This document shows positions 17,672 through 26,883 of a stretch of 64,000 nucleotides of DNA, piece by piece. The notes under the pieces are model-generated. The model made no database searches, was not told the origin of the DNA, and worked only from the letters and a program-made list of their open reading frames with translations. This stretch comes from Oscillatoria sp. FACHB-1406 (GTDB lineage Bacteria; Cyanobacteriota; Cyanobacteriia; Cyanobacteriales; Spirulinaceae): positions 88,633-152,632 of the forward strand of contig NZ_JACJSM010000001.1 in the NCBI RefSeq assembly GCF_014698145.1, given 5' to 3'. Position numbers and translations under genes: made by a program. Each line of letters opens with the position of its first letter. The first letter of the stretch is position 1.

Positions 17672-19357
17672 GTGAGGAGACTAGACACAGAGATGAAAGG
17701 CAATTTGCAAATTTCGTCCGCGATCGTCATGCTATTTTTAACCAGTTGGGTAACAATTCCCGATCGCGTTCGAGCAATTCCGCCAGCAGAAAACGCGCCC
17801 GAAATTCCCAGCCAGAGTTTCCCCGAAGTCGGTTCCGCCCCCTTACCTGAAAGCGAACTTCAAGTCCAAATGCTTCCCGCTGCCCAATTTCGGGACGTAC
17901 AACCCACCGATTGGGCCTTTGAAGCCTTGCAGTCGCTCCAACAACGCTACGATTGCTTAGCCGGATATCCCGATCGCACCTATCGCGGCGATCGTCCCCT
18001 CACGCGCTACGAATTTGCCGCCGGACTCAACGCCTGCCTTACCAAACTCGAGGAATTCCTGCAAAAAGGTCAACTCGCCACTCAAGAAGACCTCGAAACC
18101 GTGCGTCGCCTCCAGCAAGATTTCGCCACCGAACTCGCTACCCTAAAAGGGCGCATGGATAACCTCGAAACTCGCACCCAAGCCCTTGAAGATAACGCCT
18201 TCTCTACCACAACCAAACTCAGCGGCTTAGTTGTGATGGGCGTACAAGGACGCACCGACAGCACCGCCGATATTGATCCCCGCGATGGCATCAAAGACAC
18301 CCCCGATCGCGCTGACAATATTAATACCATCTCCTTTGCCTCGCTCTACTTAACCACAAATTTCTCCCCGCGCAGCTATCTGGCTACCGGGCTTTTCGCT
18401 GGAATAGGAACCACTCGGTTCGATCCCGCTAACGCCCTTAAAAACGATGGTTATCTAGCCTACGATCTCCCCAGTAACAGCGATTTAACAATCAGCGATC
18501 TTCATTTTCACTGGCTGCTTGCCGACAATCTCGGCCTGATGGTCGGTACCGAAGGCGTAAATATTATCAATGCCTTCCGGGGACCAAACCGATATGCAAG
18601 CGCAGCTACAGGAAATCCGAGTTACTTTGCGCAGCGCAACCCCGTGCTGAATATTGGCGGTTACTTCGGCAAGGGTTTAGCCTTGGATTGGCAAATTGCC
18701 AAACAAGTTAGCCTGCAAGCGCTCTACCAGAGTAGTAATTTAGGTCGTTACGGTTTGCGCGAGCGAGGATTGTTTGATGGGAATACGACGGCGGCAGTAC
18801 AACTTTTGCTCACGCCCGCCGACCCCCTCGATCTTGCCTTATATTACGTCAATAATTATTCGTTTGACGGTTGCTTGTTTACTTTAGTTGGCGACGATTG
18901 TTTGAACGCTGGAAATCGTCCCATGCAAACTCACGCTATTGGGGCAACGTTGAATTGGCAAATTTCACCCCAAGTTACGATGGGGGCTTGGGGCGGTTAC
19001 ACGACTTCCTCCATCCCTGGCGAGTCGGGAAGCGTGCAGACGACCAATTATATGGTTTATCTCAATTTGCCCGACCTATTGAGCGAAGGAAATTTAGGCG
19101 GCATCTCGATCGGACAACCCCCGAAGATTGTTAGCAGTACGTTGCCTGCGGGAAATAATATACCCGCTATGTTGGGGCAGCCGAATTCATCGGGAGGACA
19201 ACCGGGAACGACGTTACAACTCGAGGCTTTTTATCGAATGCGGCTAAGCGATAATCTCAGCATCACTCCCGGCATTATTCACATTTTTAACCCGCGTCAT
19301 ACGCCGGACAGCGAGCCGGTTACAATTTTTCTGTTGCGCAGTAGTATCTTTTTTTAA
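17672..19357 (+). CDS. SLH-domain outer-membrane porin (cyanobacterial OprB/SomA-like)
   Basis: Signal peptide, then an SLH domain (FRDVQPTDWAFEALQSLQQRYDCLAGYPDRTYRGDRPLTRYEFAAGLNACL), a coiled-coil segment and a C-terminal beta-barrel ending in an aromatic residue (…SSIFF). It is a paralog of 34394..36199. Confidence 0.8.
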   Translation: MRRLDTEMKGNLQISSAIVMLFLTSWVTIPDRVRAIPPAENAPEIPSQSFPEVGSAPLPESELQVQMLPAAQFRDVQPTDWAFEALQSLQQRYDCLAGYPDRTYRGDRPLTRYEFAAGLNACLTKLEEFLQKGQLATQEDLETVRRLQQDFATELATLKGRMDNLETRTQALEDNAFSTTTKLSGLVVMGVQGRTDSTADIDPRDGIKDTPDRADNINTISFASLYLTTNFSPRSYLATGLFAGIGTTRFDPANALKNDGYLAYDLPSNSDLTISDLHFHWLLADNLGLMVGTEGVNIINAFRGPNRYASAATGNPSYFAQRNPVLNIGGYFGKGLALDWQIAKQVSLQALYQSSNLGRYGLRERGLFDGNTTAAVQLLLTPADPLDLALYYVNNYSFDGCLFTLVGDDCLNAGNRPMQTHAIGATLNWQISPQVTMGAWGGYTTSSIPGESGSVQTTNYMVYLNLPDLLSEGNLGGISIGQPPKIVSSTLPAGNNIPAMLGQPNSSGGQPGTTLQLEAFYRMRLSDNLSITPGIIHIFNPRHTPDSEPVTIFLLRSSIFF

Positions 19358-19499
19358 TAGGTGGGCATTGCTGTTGAGTAGGGGCGATTGACCTTTCTGA
19401 TTTTCCTCATCGATGTGTCTGTTGCCATAGATTGCCGACCCGGTTTCTCGCGCCGAGAAACAGTGTAAGATCCACGCATTCAAAAATTGTCACGGATTC

Positions 19500-20030
19500 A
19501 TGGATATCAAGGAGTTTTTCGAGCAGAGTTCGGGAAAATGGTTTGCCCAACGCACGCATTACAACCTCGCTAGTCAAGCCGCAGGCAGCAGTAAAGCCGA
19601 GATTGAGATTGAGTTTTTAGCCGTTGACGCGCCTGAAATCGTTCAACTCTGCGAGCAACAGCACGTTAGTTCGGCGCAAGCTTGCGGAGGCTTAAAAATA
19701 AGTTGGGATAACTCTGTCGATTGGGGAGGGACGAAGGAAAAAGGGTTTGCTATTCTTGTTGCAGTTCCCGACTCCGAGAATCCCCAAACGGGCAAGTTTC
19801 TGCGGGGCAGCAGCAATCCTAAAGAGCAAAGTCTTGCTGGGGATTATGCGATTGGAGAGGATGAAGCCTTAACCCTGACGCTAGAAAACGGTAGCTTGCA
19901 CGCCGAAGAACGCCTGTGGTTTGCCAGTCCCAACTTGCGCTTGCGAAGCAGTTTCGTGAAAAATAACGGTCGATTTAGCGATAGTACGTTTTATTCCGAA
20001 ATTCGCAGAATGGTAGCACCGGCAACTTGA
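19500..20030 (+). CDS. cpcS: phycobilin lyase of the CpcS/CpeS (S/U-type) family
   Basis: 176 aa with CpeS-family hallmarks (EFFEQSSGKWFAQRTHYNL, ILVAVPDSENPQTGKFLRG, ERLWFASPNLRLRSSFVKNNGRFSDSTFYSEIRR). These align with CpcS-I of Synechococcus as recalled. Confidence 0.8.
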   Translation: MDIKEFFEQSSGKWFAQRTHYNLASQAAGSSKAEIEIEFLAVDAPEIVQLCEQQHVSSAQACGGLKISWDNSVDWGGTKEKGFAILVAVPDSENPQTGKFLRGSSNPKEQSLAGDYAIGEDEALTLTLENGSLHAEERLWFASPNLRLRSSFVKNNGRFSDSTFYSEIRRMVAPAT

Positions 20031-20251
20031 TTTCGCGATCGCGCAGGAATTCGCCGAGCGGCGCGCGCCAGTCATATCAAGACTATACTGCGAGGCTAGA
20101 AGAATCGATCGACTCCTCGATCTTGACAAAATGGCATCAGTAAGAATTTCTGAGTTTAGGGGCGAATGGCAATTCGTTCCTATTTTTAATTGGGTTAACG
20201 CCGAAAACGAAAGCCTGTCCCTACGTTGAGAATTCTTCTACCTTAACCGCC

Positions 20252-21145
20252 TCAAACCCGATCGCGATCGGTTAAAATTTCGTAGCCTTCCTTCGTCACC
20301 AGCACCGTATGCTCGAATTGAGCAGAAAGCGCATTATCCACCGTCACTACCGTCCAGCGATCCTTCAGCGTCCGCGTAAACCGTTTCCCCGCATTCAAAA
20401 TCGGTTCAATCGCGATTGTCATTCCCGGTTTTAGCCGCACGTTAGGTAAATCGTTCGTGCGCGTATTAAACACCGCCGGTTCTTCGTGCAGCTTCCGCCC
20501 TACGCCATGTCCGGTGTAATCCTCCACCACACTAAATCCCTGTTCTTTAACGCTATCTTCAATCGCCCCGGCAATATCGAGCAAGCAATTTCCCGCTTGT
20601 ACCTGTTCGATTCCTGCATACAGTGCCGCTTCTGCTGCGCGAATCAAGCGTTCTGCCTCCGGAGACACTTTGCCCACCGCAATCGTAATGCAGGAATCGC
20701 CGTGAAAGCCGTCCTTATACGCCCCCGTATCGACTTTAAGAACGTCGCCCGCCCGAATCACCTTTTTTGGGCTGGGAATCCCGTGGACGACTTCATTGTT
20801 CACAGAGGCGCAAATGGAAGCGGGAAAGCCGTGATAGCCCTTAAAACTCGGCGTTGCGCCCATTTCCCGAATTCGCTGTTCGGCGTAAGTGTCTAAGTCC
20901 GCAGTCGTCATCCCCGGTTCGACTCGTTGTGCAATCTCCTTAAGAACGGTGGCAACAATCCGCGACGATTCGCGCATCAGTTCGATTTCGAGTTCGGACT
21001 TTAATTCTATCCCGCGACGCGATCGCTTCATGGGGGGCAATCCATTCGTAGAGCTTGACTTTTCTTTCTTTCTATGTATGTTGGACAGGAGATTATTAAG
21101 AATATTCACAACTGGGACTTCTGCCGGTGTAGTGTCGATCGCCAT
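20252..21145 (-). CDS. map: type I methionine aminopeptidase (start uncertain; possible internal start ~21031)
   Basis: MAP pita-bread fold motifs ([50 protein letters not shown]). The N-terminal ~40 aa of the ORF may not be translated. Confidence 0.85.
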   Translation of the reverse strand: MAIDTTPAEVPVVNILNNLLSNIHRKKEKSSSTNGLPPMKRSRRGIELKSELEIELMRESSRIVATVLKEIAQRVEPGMTTADLDTYAEQRIREMGATPSFKGYHGFPASICASVNNEVVHGIPSPKKVIRAGDVLKVDTGAYKDGFHGDSCITIAVGKVSPEAERLIRAAEAALYAGIEQVQAGNCLLDIAGAIEDSVKEQGFSVVEDYTGHGVGRKLHEEPAVFNTRTNDLPNVRLKPGMTIAIEPILNAGKRFTRTLKDRWTVVTVDNALSAQFEHTVLVTKEGYEILTDRDRV

Positions 21146-21195
21146 TGTAATGTAATGTCAATCTTTTGCGCTTTGCCACAAGATGGATTTGCGCG

Positions 21196-21368
21196 CCGCA
21201 GGAGAACGCGACCCAATCGTGCTAAATTGAACGGATCTCGTTCGGTTCGGATGGGGAGCAGCCATTCGATATTAAAGGGGAAAGTTCGGTGCAAATCCGG
21301 CGCTGTCCCGCAACTGTGAGGCATTTTTCAAAATGCTAAGTCAGGAAGCCCGCCGAAACGATTCAATT
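21196..21368 (+). promoter_or_regulatory. cobalamin (AdoCbl/B12) riboswitch in the 5' leader of hupE/ureJ
   Basis: Conserved core AAGGGGAAAGTTCGGTGCAAATCCGGCGCTGTCCCGCAACTGTGAG followed by a B12 box AGTCAGGAAGCCCGCC. Both match the cobalamin riboswitch consensus (GGTGAAAATCC...CCCGCCACTGTGA...AGYCMGGAxxCCxGCC). Confidence 0.75.
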
Positions 21369-21401
21369 TGGCTTAATTTATCAAACATCTGCGAGGTACG
21401 G

Positions 21402-22046
21402 ATGATTTTAAAAATGAAAAGTGTTTCGGGGCGCGCCATTGCGCTAGGTTTAAGTATTGGGATCTTCAGTTTAGCGATCGCGACTCAACCCGCTTTTGCC
21501 CACCATGCAATGGGCGGAAGAATGCCCGCTAACTTTTTTGAAGGGTTTATCACAGGTTTAGCGCATCCCATTATCGGTTTCGATCATTTTGCTTTTATCA
21601 TCGCAGTTGGCTTATTCGCCGCGCTTAAACCCCAAAAAGGTTGGTGGATTCCGGTTGCTTTTGTGATTGCCACATTAGGCGGTACGGGGCTGCATCTTTT
21701 GAAGTTGAATATTCCTTTTTCAGAAGCCTTTGTAGCCGCTTCAATTATTTCAGTAGGGTTACTGTTTGCTGCCAATTGCACCCCAGCGCTTGCCGGTGCG
21801 ATCGCGTTTTCCGCGCTAGCAGGAATTTTCCACGGTTATGCTTACGGCGAATCGATTGTTGGGGCGGAACCAACGCCATTAATCGCGTATTTAATGGGGT
21901 TTGCAGCGATTCAACTCGCGATCGCGTCGGGTGTTTGTTGGGGGTGGCGCGCTTTGCAAACGAAAGGTAGCTTAACTGCCAGTTCGCTGCGTTTTGTAGG
22001 TTTGATTTTCTGCGCGATCGGGGCAACTTTTTTAGCGATCGGCTAA
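21402..22046 (+). CDS. hupE: HupE/UreJ family Ni/Co transporter
   Basis: Signal peptide plus HupE signature (AFAHHAMGG...GFITGLAHPIIGFDHFAFIIAVGLFAA). The ORF-track start at 21333 overlaps the riboswitch, so the ATG at 21402 (MILKMKSV...) is preferred. Confidence 0.8.
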   Translation: MILKMKSVSGRAIALGLSIGIFSLAIATQPAFAHHAMGGRMPANFFEGFITGLAHPIIGFDHFAFIIAVGLFAALKPQKGWWIPVAFVIATLGGTGLHLLKLNIPFSEAFVAASIISVGLLFAANCTPALAGAIAFSALAGIFHGYAYGESIVGAEPTPLIAYLMGFAAIQLAIASGVCWGWRALQTKGSLTASSLRFVGLIFCAIGATFLAIG

Positions 22047-22101
22047 TTTCGATTTAAATTGACGTTGCACTGACTAGACTTCTTATTTCGGTTAAAATAA
22101 T

Positions 22102-22136
22102 GGTGCGTTACGCTTCGCTAACGCACCCTACTTTTT
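22102..22136 (+). terminator. probable intrinsic terminator of hupE: hairpin GGTGCGTTACGCTTCGCTAACGCACC followed by CTACTTTTT; also a copy of a dispersed hairpin repeat
   Basis: 9-bp stem, 8-nt loop, T-run 5 nt downstream. The same 38-bp sequence occurs in reverse complement at 29761..29798. Confidence 0.5.
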
Positions 22137-22358
22137 AAGTGATGAGTCTTATTTTGCTCGATTACTTTAAAAAATTCCCAATTTAGTAGGGTGGGCATTG
22201 CCCACCAGCCAAGGCTTCCAGCTTTGAGGAATGCTCATTCTTCGACCCGTAGCGCTATATTTTGCTCGATACTTTAAAAAATTCAAATTTAGCGAGCGAT
22301 CGCAACTACAATTTTCACCCAAAAAGCTGGAACACAAATTTAAAATTTTGTTTCTCCA

Positions 22359-23315
22359 ATGAAGCGTTATCTTATCGATCGCCTCCTCATCTCAATTCCC
22401 ACCTTAATCGCGATTAGCATCGTTATCTTTTTAATCCTTGCCCTCGCTCCCGGCGATCCGATGGGAGAGTTTGCTTCCAACCCTTCAATTACCGCCGAAG
22501 TCCGAGAAAATATTCGGCGATCGCTCGGTTTAGACCAGCCGATTTATATTCGTTATTTTAAATGGGCGGGGTCGTTCTTGCGCGGCGACTTAGGCTACTC
22601 CTTCACCAGTCGTTCTCCCGTTATCCAACTTATTTTACAGCGCTTGCCCGCTACCTTATGGGTCGCTGGGACTGCCTATTTTTTTAGCCTCATTATTGCC
22701 CTTCCTTTAGGCATTTTATCCGCCCTAAAACGCCATTCCATTTTAGATCGCGTCGCCACTACCTTTGCCTTTCTCGGCTTTTCCCTGCCCACCTTTTTCA
22801 CCGGGCTACTGTTTATCGTTATCTTTAGCGTGCAACTGAAATGGTTTCCCTTCATTTATAACAGCACGCTCCAAGTTACCGATCTTAAAAGTTTGCTCGC
22901 CCAAATCCAACAATCTGTCATGCCGATCGCGGTGTTAGCCTTATACCAAGCTGCCGTTTTAATGCGCTACGTGCGTTCTTCCATCCTCGAAGAATTGGAT
23001 CGCGATTACGTTCGTACTGCGCGCGCTAAAGGGTTGGTAGAATGGATTGTTGTCAATCGCCACATTCTTCGTAACGCTCTGATTCCCGTCGTTACTCTCG
23101 TTGCGCTGGAAATTCCTAATATTTTCACCGGCGCGCTTGTCACCGAACAAGTCTTTCGCGTTCCCGGAATTGGTGCGTTATTAATTGAATCGATTTACCG
23201 CAGCGATACGCCGGTGGTGATGGCAATTACCTTTATTTACGCAATTTTAATCGTCATTTTTAATTTAGTTGCGGATTTGACTTATGGGATTCTCGACCCG
23301 CGCGTGAGAGAATAA
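22359..23315 (+). CDS. ABC transporter permease, DppB/OppB/NikB family
   Basis: 318 aa with the ABC-type dipeptide/oligopeptide/nickel permease topology and the EAA-like loop (ARAKGL...RNALIPVVT). Confidence 0.8.
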   Translation: MKRYLIDRLLISIPTLIAISIVIFLILALAPGDPMGEFASNPSITAEVRENIRRSLGLDQPIYIRYFKWAGSFLRGDLGYSFTSRSPVIQLILQRLPATLWVAGTAYFFSLIIALPLGILSALKRHSILDRVATTFAFLGFSLPTFFTGLLFIVIFSVQLKWFPFIYNSTLQVTDLKSLLAQIQQSVMPIAVLALYQAAVLMRYVRSSILEELDRDYVRTARAKGLVEWIVVNRHILRNALIPVVTLVALEIPNIFTGALVTEQVFRVPGIGALLIESIYRSDTPVVMAITFIYAILIVIFNLVADLTYGILDPRVRE

Positions 23316-23565
23316 TGCGCTGAAATCGGGTTAGATAATTCGAGTGGGTAGTAGTAGATATCCTTCGATAAATTGAGTTGCAATTAGCGTCGCGGTGTCG
23401 TATATTGATAATTAGAACGTACCGTTTAACTTAAGAACTGGGTTCCTGGAAAAATTGGTTGTTCTCGCCTCTGCTCTTTTGTGTAATACAAGATATTACA
23501 GGCTGCTCAAAAAAATTTCGCGCTTCGCGCGATTGAAAAGGGCAAGAGGGGAAAAGGGGAGAGGG

Positions 23566-25428
23566 CTAGGGAATCCTGGGGGAGAGAGCAGCGCGGAACC
23601 CGATAAGGTCGTTAGAATCATCGGGATGGCCCCTGAGGCGATTCGCAGAACGGCAGAGCCCCGAATGGTTGAGCCAAGAACCACCGCGAAGCAGGCGCGT
23701 ATCCCCTTCATCGCTAGTTAGCCATATAGTTTCATTGTTGGGTGCACCTTGATAATTTTCGTGCCAATGGTCTGCGCACCATTCCCATACGTTCCCGTGC
23801 ATTTCATACAGTCCATATCCGTTCGGCGGTAATGTTCCTACTTCCACAGTTTTTTCTCGGTATTCTCCTTTCGGGTCGTTTCCGAAGCGATATCCGTAGG
23901 GATATATCCCGTAGTTGTTCACTAATGCTGACGTTATTGTTTCCCCAAAATGAAACGGCGTTGTTGTTCCAGCGCGACAGGCGTATTCCCATTCGGCTTC
24001 ACTCGGTAGTCAATACTGTTTCCCTGTTTTTTTGGACAGTCTTTTACAAAATTCTTCGGCTTCCCACCAAGTTACTCGCTCTACCGGATGATTTGCTCCT
24101 TTAAAATTGGATGGGTCGGGGTTGAGGTCGTGGAGGATTTTGGGGAGGGCGGCGACGGCTTTCCATTGCGCTTGGGTAATGGCATATTTGCCCAGATAGA
24201 AGGGTTGGATTGTGACTTGATGTTGCGGACTTTCACTCTTCAATAAGGTGTGTTTGTATATTTTAGATAATCTCTCGATTTCCCTATCATCCGTCCCCAT
24301 TATAAAACTCCCGCCCGGAATCGCCACCATTTCTAACCCAACTCCCCCAGCGATTTCTTCAGTAAAATAATTGGCTTGACTGGAACTGCGGTTTTCAACA
24401 TTACCCCGATTATCGACGCTTATCACTTCAAAGCTGAAACTTCGTAGGTTGGGTGGCGACGTAACAATCCTTTTTGAAGGACTCGCTGGAGTTGTCAGTA
24501 CAACGGCTATTCCTTCCAAAGCTTGTAAGGCTTCTTTTGCCGATTGATAGCGATCGCGTGCAAAGGGTTGTAGCATCGTATCTAAGACTTCCCCAAAACG
24601 CTCATTCGCCGTTCTCGATTGCTTCTGCAACTGCTCCCGCCACTGCCAGTCCTGCGTCGATGCGTCGAAAAGGTCGTCTCTTATCGTACCGTCGAGTTGC
24701 TGTTCCGGAAAACACCCCGTCAGCAACCGCGCGCAGGTTGCCCCCAAACTATAAATATCGCTCGCTCGTACCGGCTGTCCCATTGCGTGTTCTATTGCAG
24801 CGTATCCTGGAGTAAAGATTTGCGTTCCTGGCTTTGTTAGCGTCGTTCCCGTTATCTGTTTGGCTCCCCCAAAGTCAATCAACACGAACTCTGATGCACC
24901 GGAAACAAGCGTTTTTCGCATGATGTTTTCCGGTTTAATATCTCGATGCAACACGCCATTTTCATGGATATATTGCAGCACCGGCAGCAAACTCTGCAAA
25001 AGTTGCCGCGTTTTGAATTCGCTAAAAAGACCTTGTTTAAAGCATTCTTTAAGGAGGTTGTCTCCGGCAATATATCGCTGCACTAAGTACAGCGAGTTAT
25101 CATGCTTGAAGTAGGCATACAGGCTCGGGATTTGCGGATGGTCTAATTCGTGAAGGCGCTGCGCTTCTTGCATGAAGAGTTCTGTAGCTTTGGCGAGGTT
25201 TTTTTGTTGTTGGGCAAGAAATTTTTTGATGACGCAGGGGCGATTGAGACATTTGGTGTCTTCAGCGAGGTAAGTTCTGCCGAAAGCGCCTTCTCCGAGG
25301 AGTCGAGTAACGCGATATTGATTGTGGAAGAGGTAGCTGGAGGTAAGGGGAAACCCGCAACTGCTGCAAAAGCTATGGTGGTTGGGATTGAAGGGGTTGG
25401 AACAGGCGGGGTTAAGGCAGTCCACCAT
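23566..25428 (-). pseudogene. kinase-FGE-sulfatase fusion gene interrupted by a single in-frame TGA (24010..24012); the downstream FGE half continues in the same frame to 23566
   Basis: The reading frame runs ...[50 protein letters not shown]...GGSWLNHSGLCRSANR.... Intact homologs have [12 protein letters not shown], so the stop replaces an Arg codon (CGA to TGA). Confidence 0.55.
24010..25428 (-). CDS. Ser/Thr protein kinase (N-terminal zinc ribbon plus Hanks kinase) fused to the N-terminal half of an FGE-sulfatase (SUMF1) domain; ends at an in-frame TGA
   Basis: CxxC...CxxC ribbon, kinase motifs (LGEGAFGRTY, VIKKF, HRDIKPENIM, DFG), then the FGE domain start (GLEMVAIPGGSFIMGTDD...HQVTIQPFYLGKYAITQAQW...HPVERVTWWEAEEFCKRLSKKTGKQY*). 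Confidence 0.8.
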   Translation of the reverse strand: MVDCLNPACSNPFNPNHHSFCSSCGFPLTSSYLFHNQYRVTRLLGEGAFGRTYLAEDTKCLNRPCVIKKFLAQQQKNLAKATELFMQEAQRLHELDHPQIPSLYAYFKHDNSLYLVQRYIAGDNLLKECFKQGLFSEFKTRQLLQSLLPVLQYIHENGVLHRDIKPENIMRKTLVSGASEFVLIDFGGAKQITGTTLTKPGTQIFTPGYAAIEHAMGQPVRASDIYSLGATCARLLTGCFPEQQLDGTIRDDLFDASTQDWQWREQLQKQSRTANERFGEVLDTMLQPFARDRYQSAKEALQALEGIAVVLTTPASPSKRIVTSPPNLRSFSFEVISVDNRGNVENRSSSQANYFTEEIAGGVGLEMVAIPGGSFIMGTDDREIERLSKIYKHTLLKSESPQHQVTIQPFYLGKYAITQAQWKAVAALPKILHDLNPDPSNFKGANHPVERVTWWEAEEFCKRLSKKTGKQY

Positions 25429-25519
25429 GAGGGGAGAGGGTGAGGATTTTGTTTTCTAGTTTAACCCCTGCACGGGGTTGCCTTGTTCTTCCCTCCCCCA
25501 GTTCTCGGCGCAAAATTAT

Positions 25520-25551
25520 CTGTAGAGACGTTGTATACAACGTCTCTACAG
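25520..25551. repeat. perfect 32-bp palindrome CTGTAGAGACGTTGTA|TACAACGTCTCTACAG, equal to two abutted terminal inverted repeats of the MITE-like element at 29828..30064
   Basis: Exact palindrome. Its half-site is identical to the left TIR of the 237-bp element at 29828. Confidence 0.7.
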
Positions 25552-25571
25552 GCGATTTGTTCTTTCTTAAG

Positions 25572-26486
25572 TCAATGATAAAGATTAGGCAAAATAAACC
25601 CTAAGCCCAATAAGAATCCACTCCAAAAATGGAGTTTCACGGCAATAAATTTGCAATTGCTGACTCGTTCCGGGCGATCGTGATTTTCGCTGACATGGCG
25701 GACGAGTTCGTAACCGATGGGGAGGGTAATAAAAACGATCGCTGTCCAGAGGGGAAAGTTGCCGATAATCAGTCCGATCGCGACCATCGCAAACAAACTC
25801 GCGACCGATACCGCTAACACTTTAGCACCCAGCGCCGTACCCAAGCGCACGATCGGCGATCGCTTCCCGGCAGCGAGATCGTCTTCGACTTGGTGAAAAT
25901 GGGAACAGAAGAGAATAATTGAGGTACTGACCCCGACAAATGCAGAAGCAAGCAGGAAGGCGGGAGAGAAGCTTTGCGCTTGGGAATAGTAGGCAGCGGC
26001 AATGGCGAGGGGGCCAAAGCTGAAAAAACAGATAATTTCGCCTAAACCCAAGTAACCGAGGCGAAAAGGCGGCCCTTGGTAGGTGTAACCGAGGGCGCAA
26101 CAGAGGAGAACGAGGGCGAGAACGGTGACATCGCGTTGCAGGAACGCGATCGCAATAATGCCCGAGATTCCCAATCCCAAACAAAGATTAGCAATCCAAA
26201 ATACTAAGGATTTATTGCCGGTTAAATTAACAACAGAATGGGCTTTATTTTTATCGATTCCTGTTTCCGAGTCGAAGACATCATTACTTAAATTAAGCCA
26301 TGCAATAATCGCAATCGCAGCCGTTAGAAATAGGAAAAAGGGTAAGTTTCGCCACTGTTGGGTTTGCCAGTTCGCGATCGCGCTTCCCACCCAAATTGGC
26401 ACGACAGCGACGCTATACATGGGCGGTTTAATCGCCGCCATCCATAATTTTTTATCAGAATTAGCAATAAGATTGGTTGTTGTCAT
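25572..26486 (-). CDS. menA: 1,4-dihydroxy-2-naphthoate phytyltransferase (UbiA prenyltransferase family)
   Basis: 304 aa, ~9 TM helices, UbiA-family Asp-rich region (NLSNDVFDSETGIDK) and the overall MenA pattern. It is paired with an adjacent isochorismate synthase. Confidence 0.8.
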   Translation of the reverse strand: MTTTNLIANSDKKLWMAAIKPPMYSVAVVPIWVGSAIANWQTQQWRNLPFFLFLTAAIAIIAWLNLSNDVFDSETGIDKNKAHSVVNLTGNKSLVFWIANLCLGLGISGIIAIAFLQRDVTVLALVLLCCALGYTYQGPPFRLGYLGLGEIICFFSFGPLAIAAAYYSQAQSFSPAFLLASAFVGVSTSIILFCSHFHQVEDDLAAGKRSPIVRLGTALGAKVLAVSVASLFAMVAIGLIIGNFPLWTAIVFITLPIGYELVRHVSENHDRPERVSNCKFIAVKLHFWSGFLLGLGFILPNLYH

Positions 26487-26883
26487 TAGCTCAGAACGAT
26501 TAAAACTGCAATTAATAAGACGAACGTCACTTCGCGGAATTCAAAATTTAAAATGTTCCCTCGAAAGGATTTTAGCAATTTTGAACGGTCGCTAAATTCG
26601 CGCTTTGGCGCACTCAACTAATTTTGAATTTGCCTTTTATTTAGCTTCCGGCGCGATCGCGCGAGTTTGCCGACGAATTCAGCGCGCGCAATTAGGGTTC
26701 CCATTGTTCGCTACTATAGGGAGAGCGCTTGCTCTCAATCCCTAATTTGAACTGTCTTGCCACTCCTGCAACAGTTCTGAAAGCTTACATCGGTTCGTCA
26801 GAAAGGAGCGCAATCCCTCTAGACATACCATAATGTCTGCCCGAGGCTGTAAATAAGATAAGTTTTTTTACGATACTGCTTCC

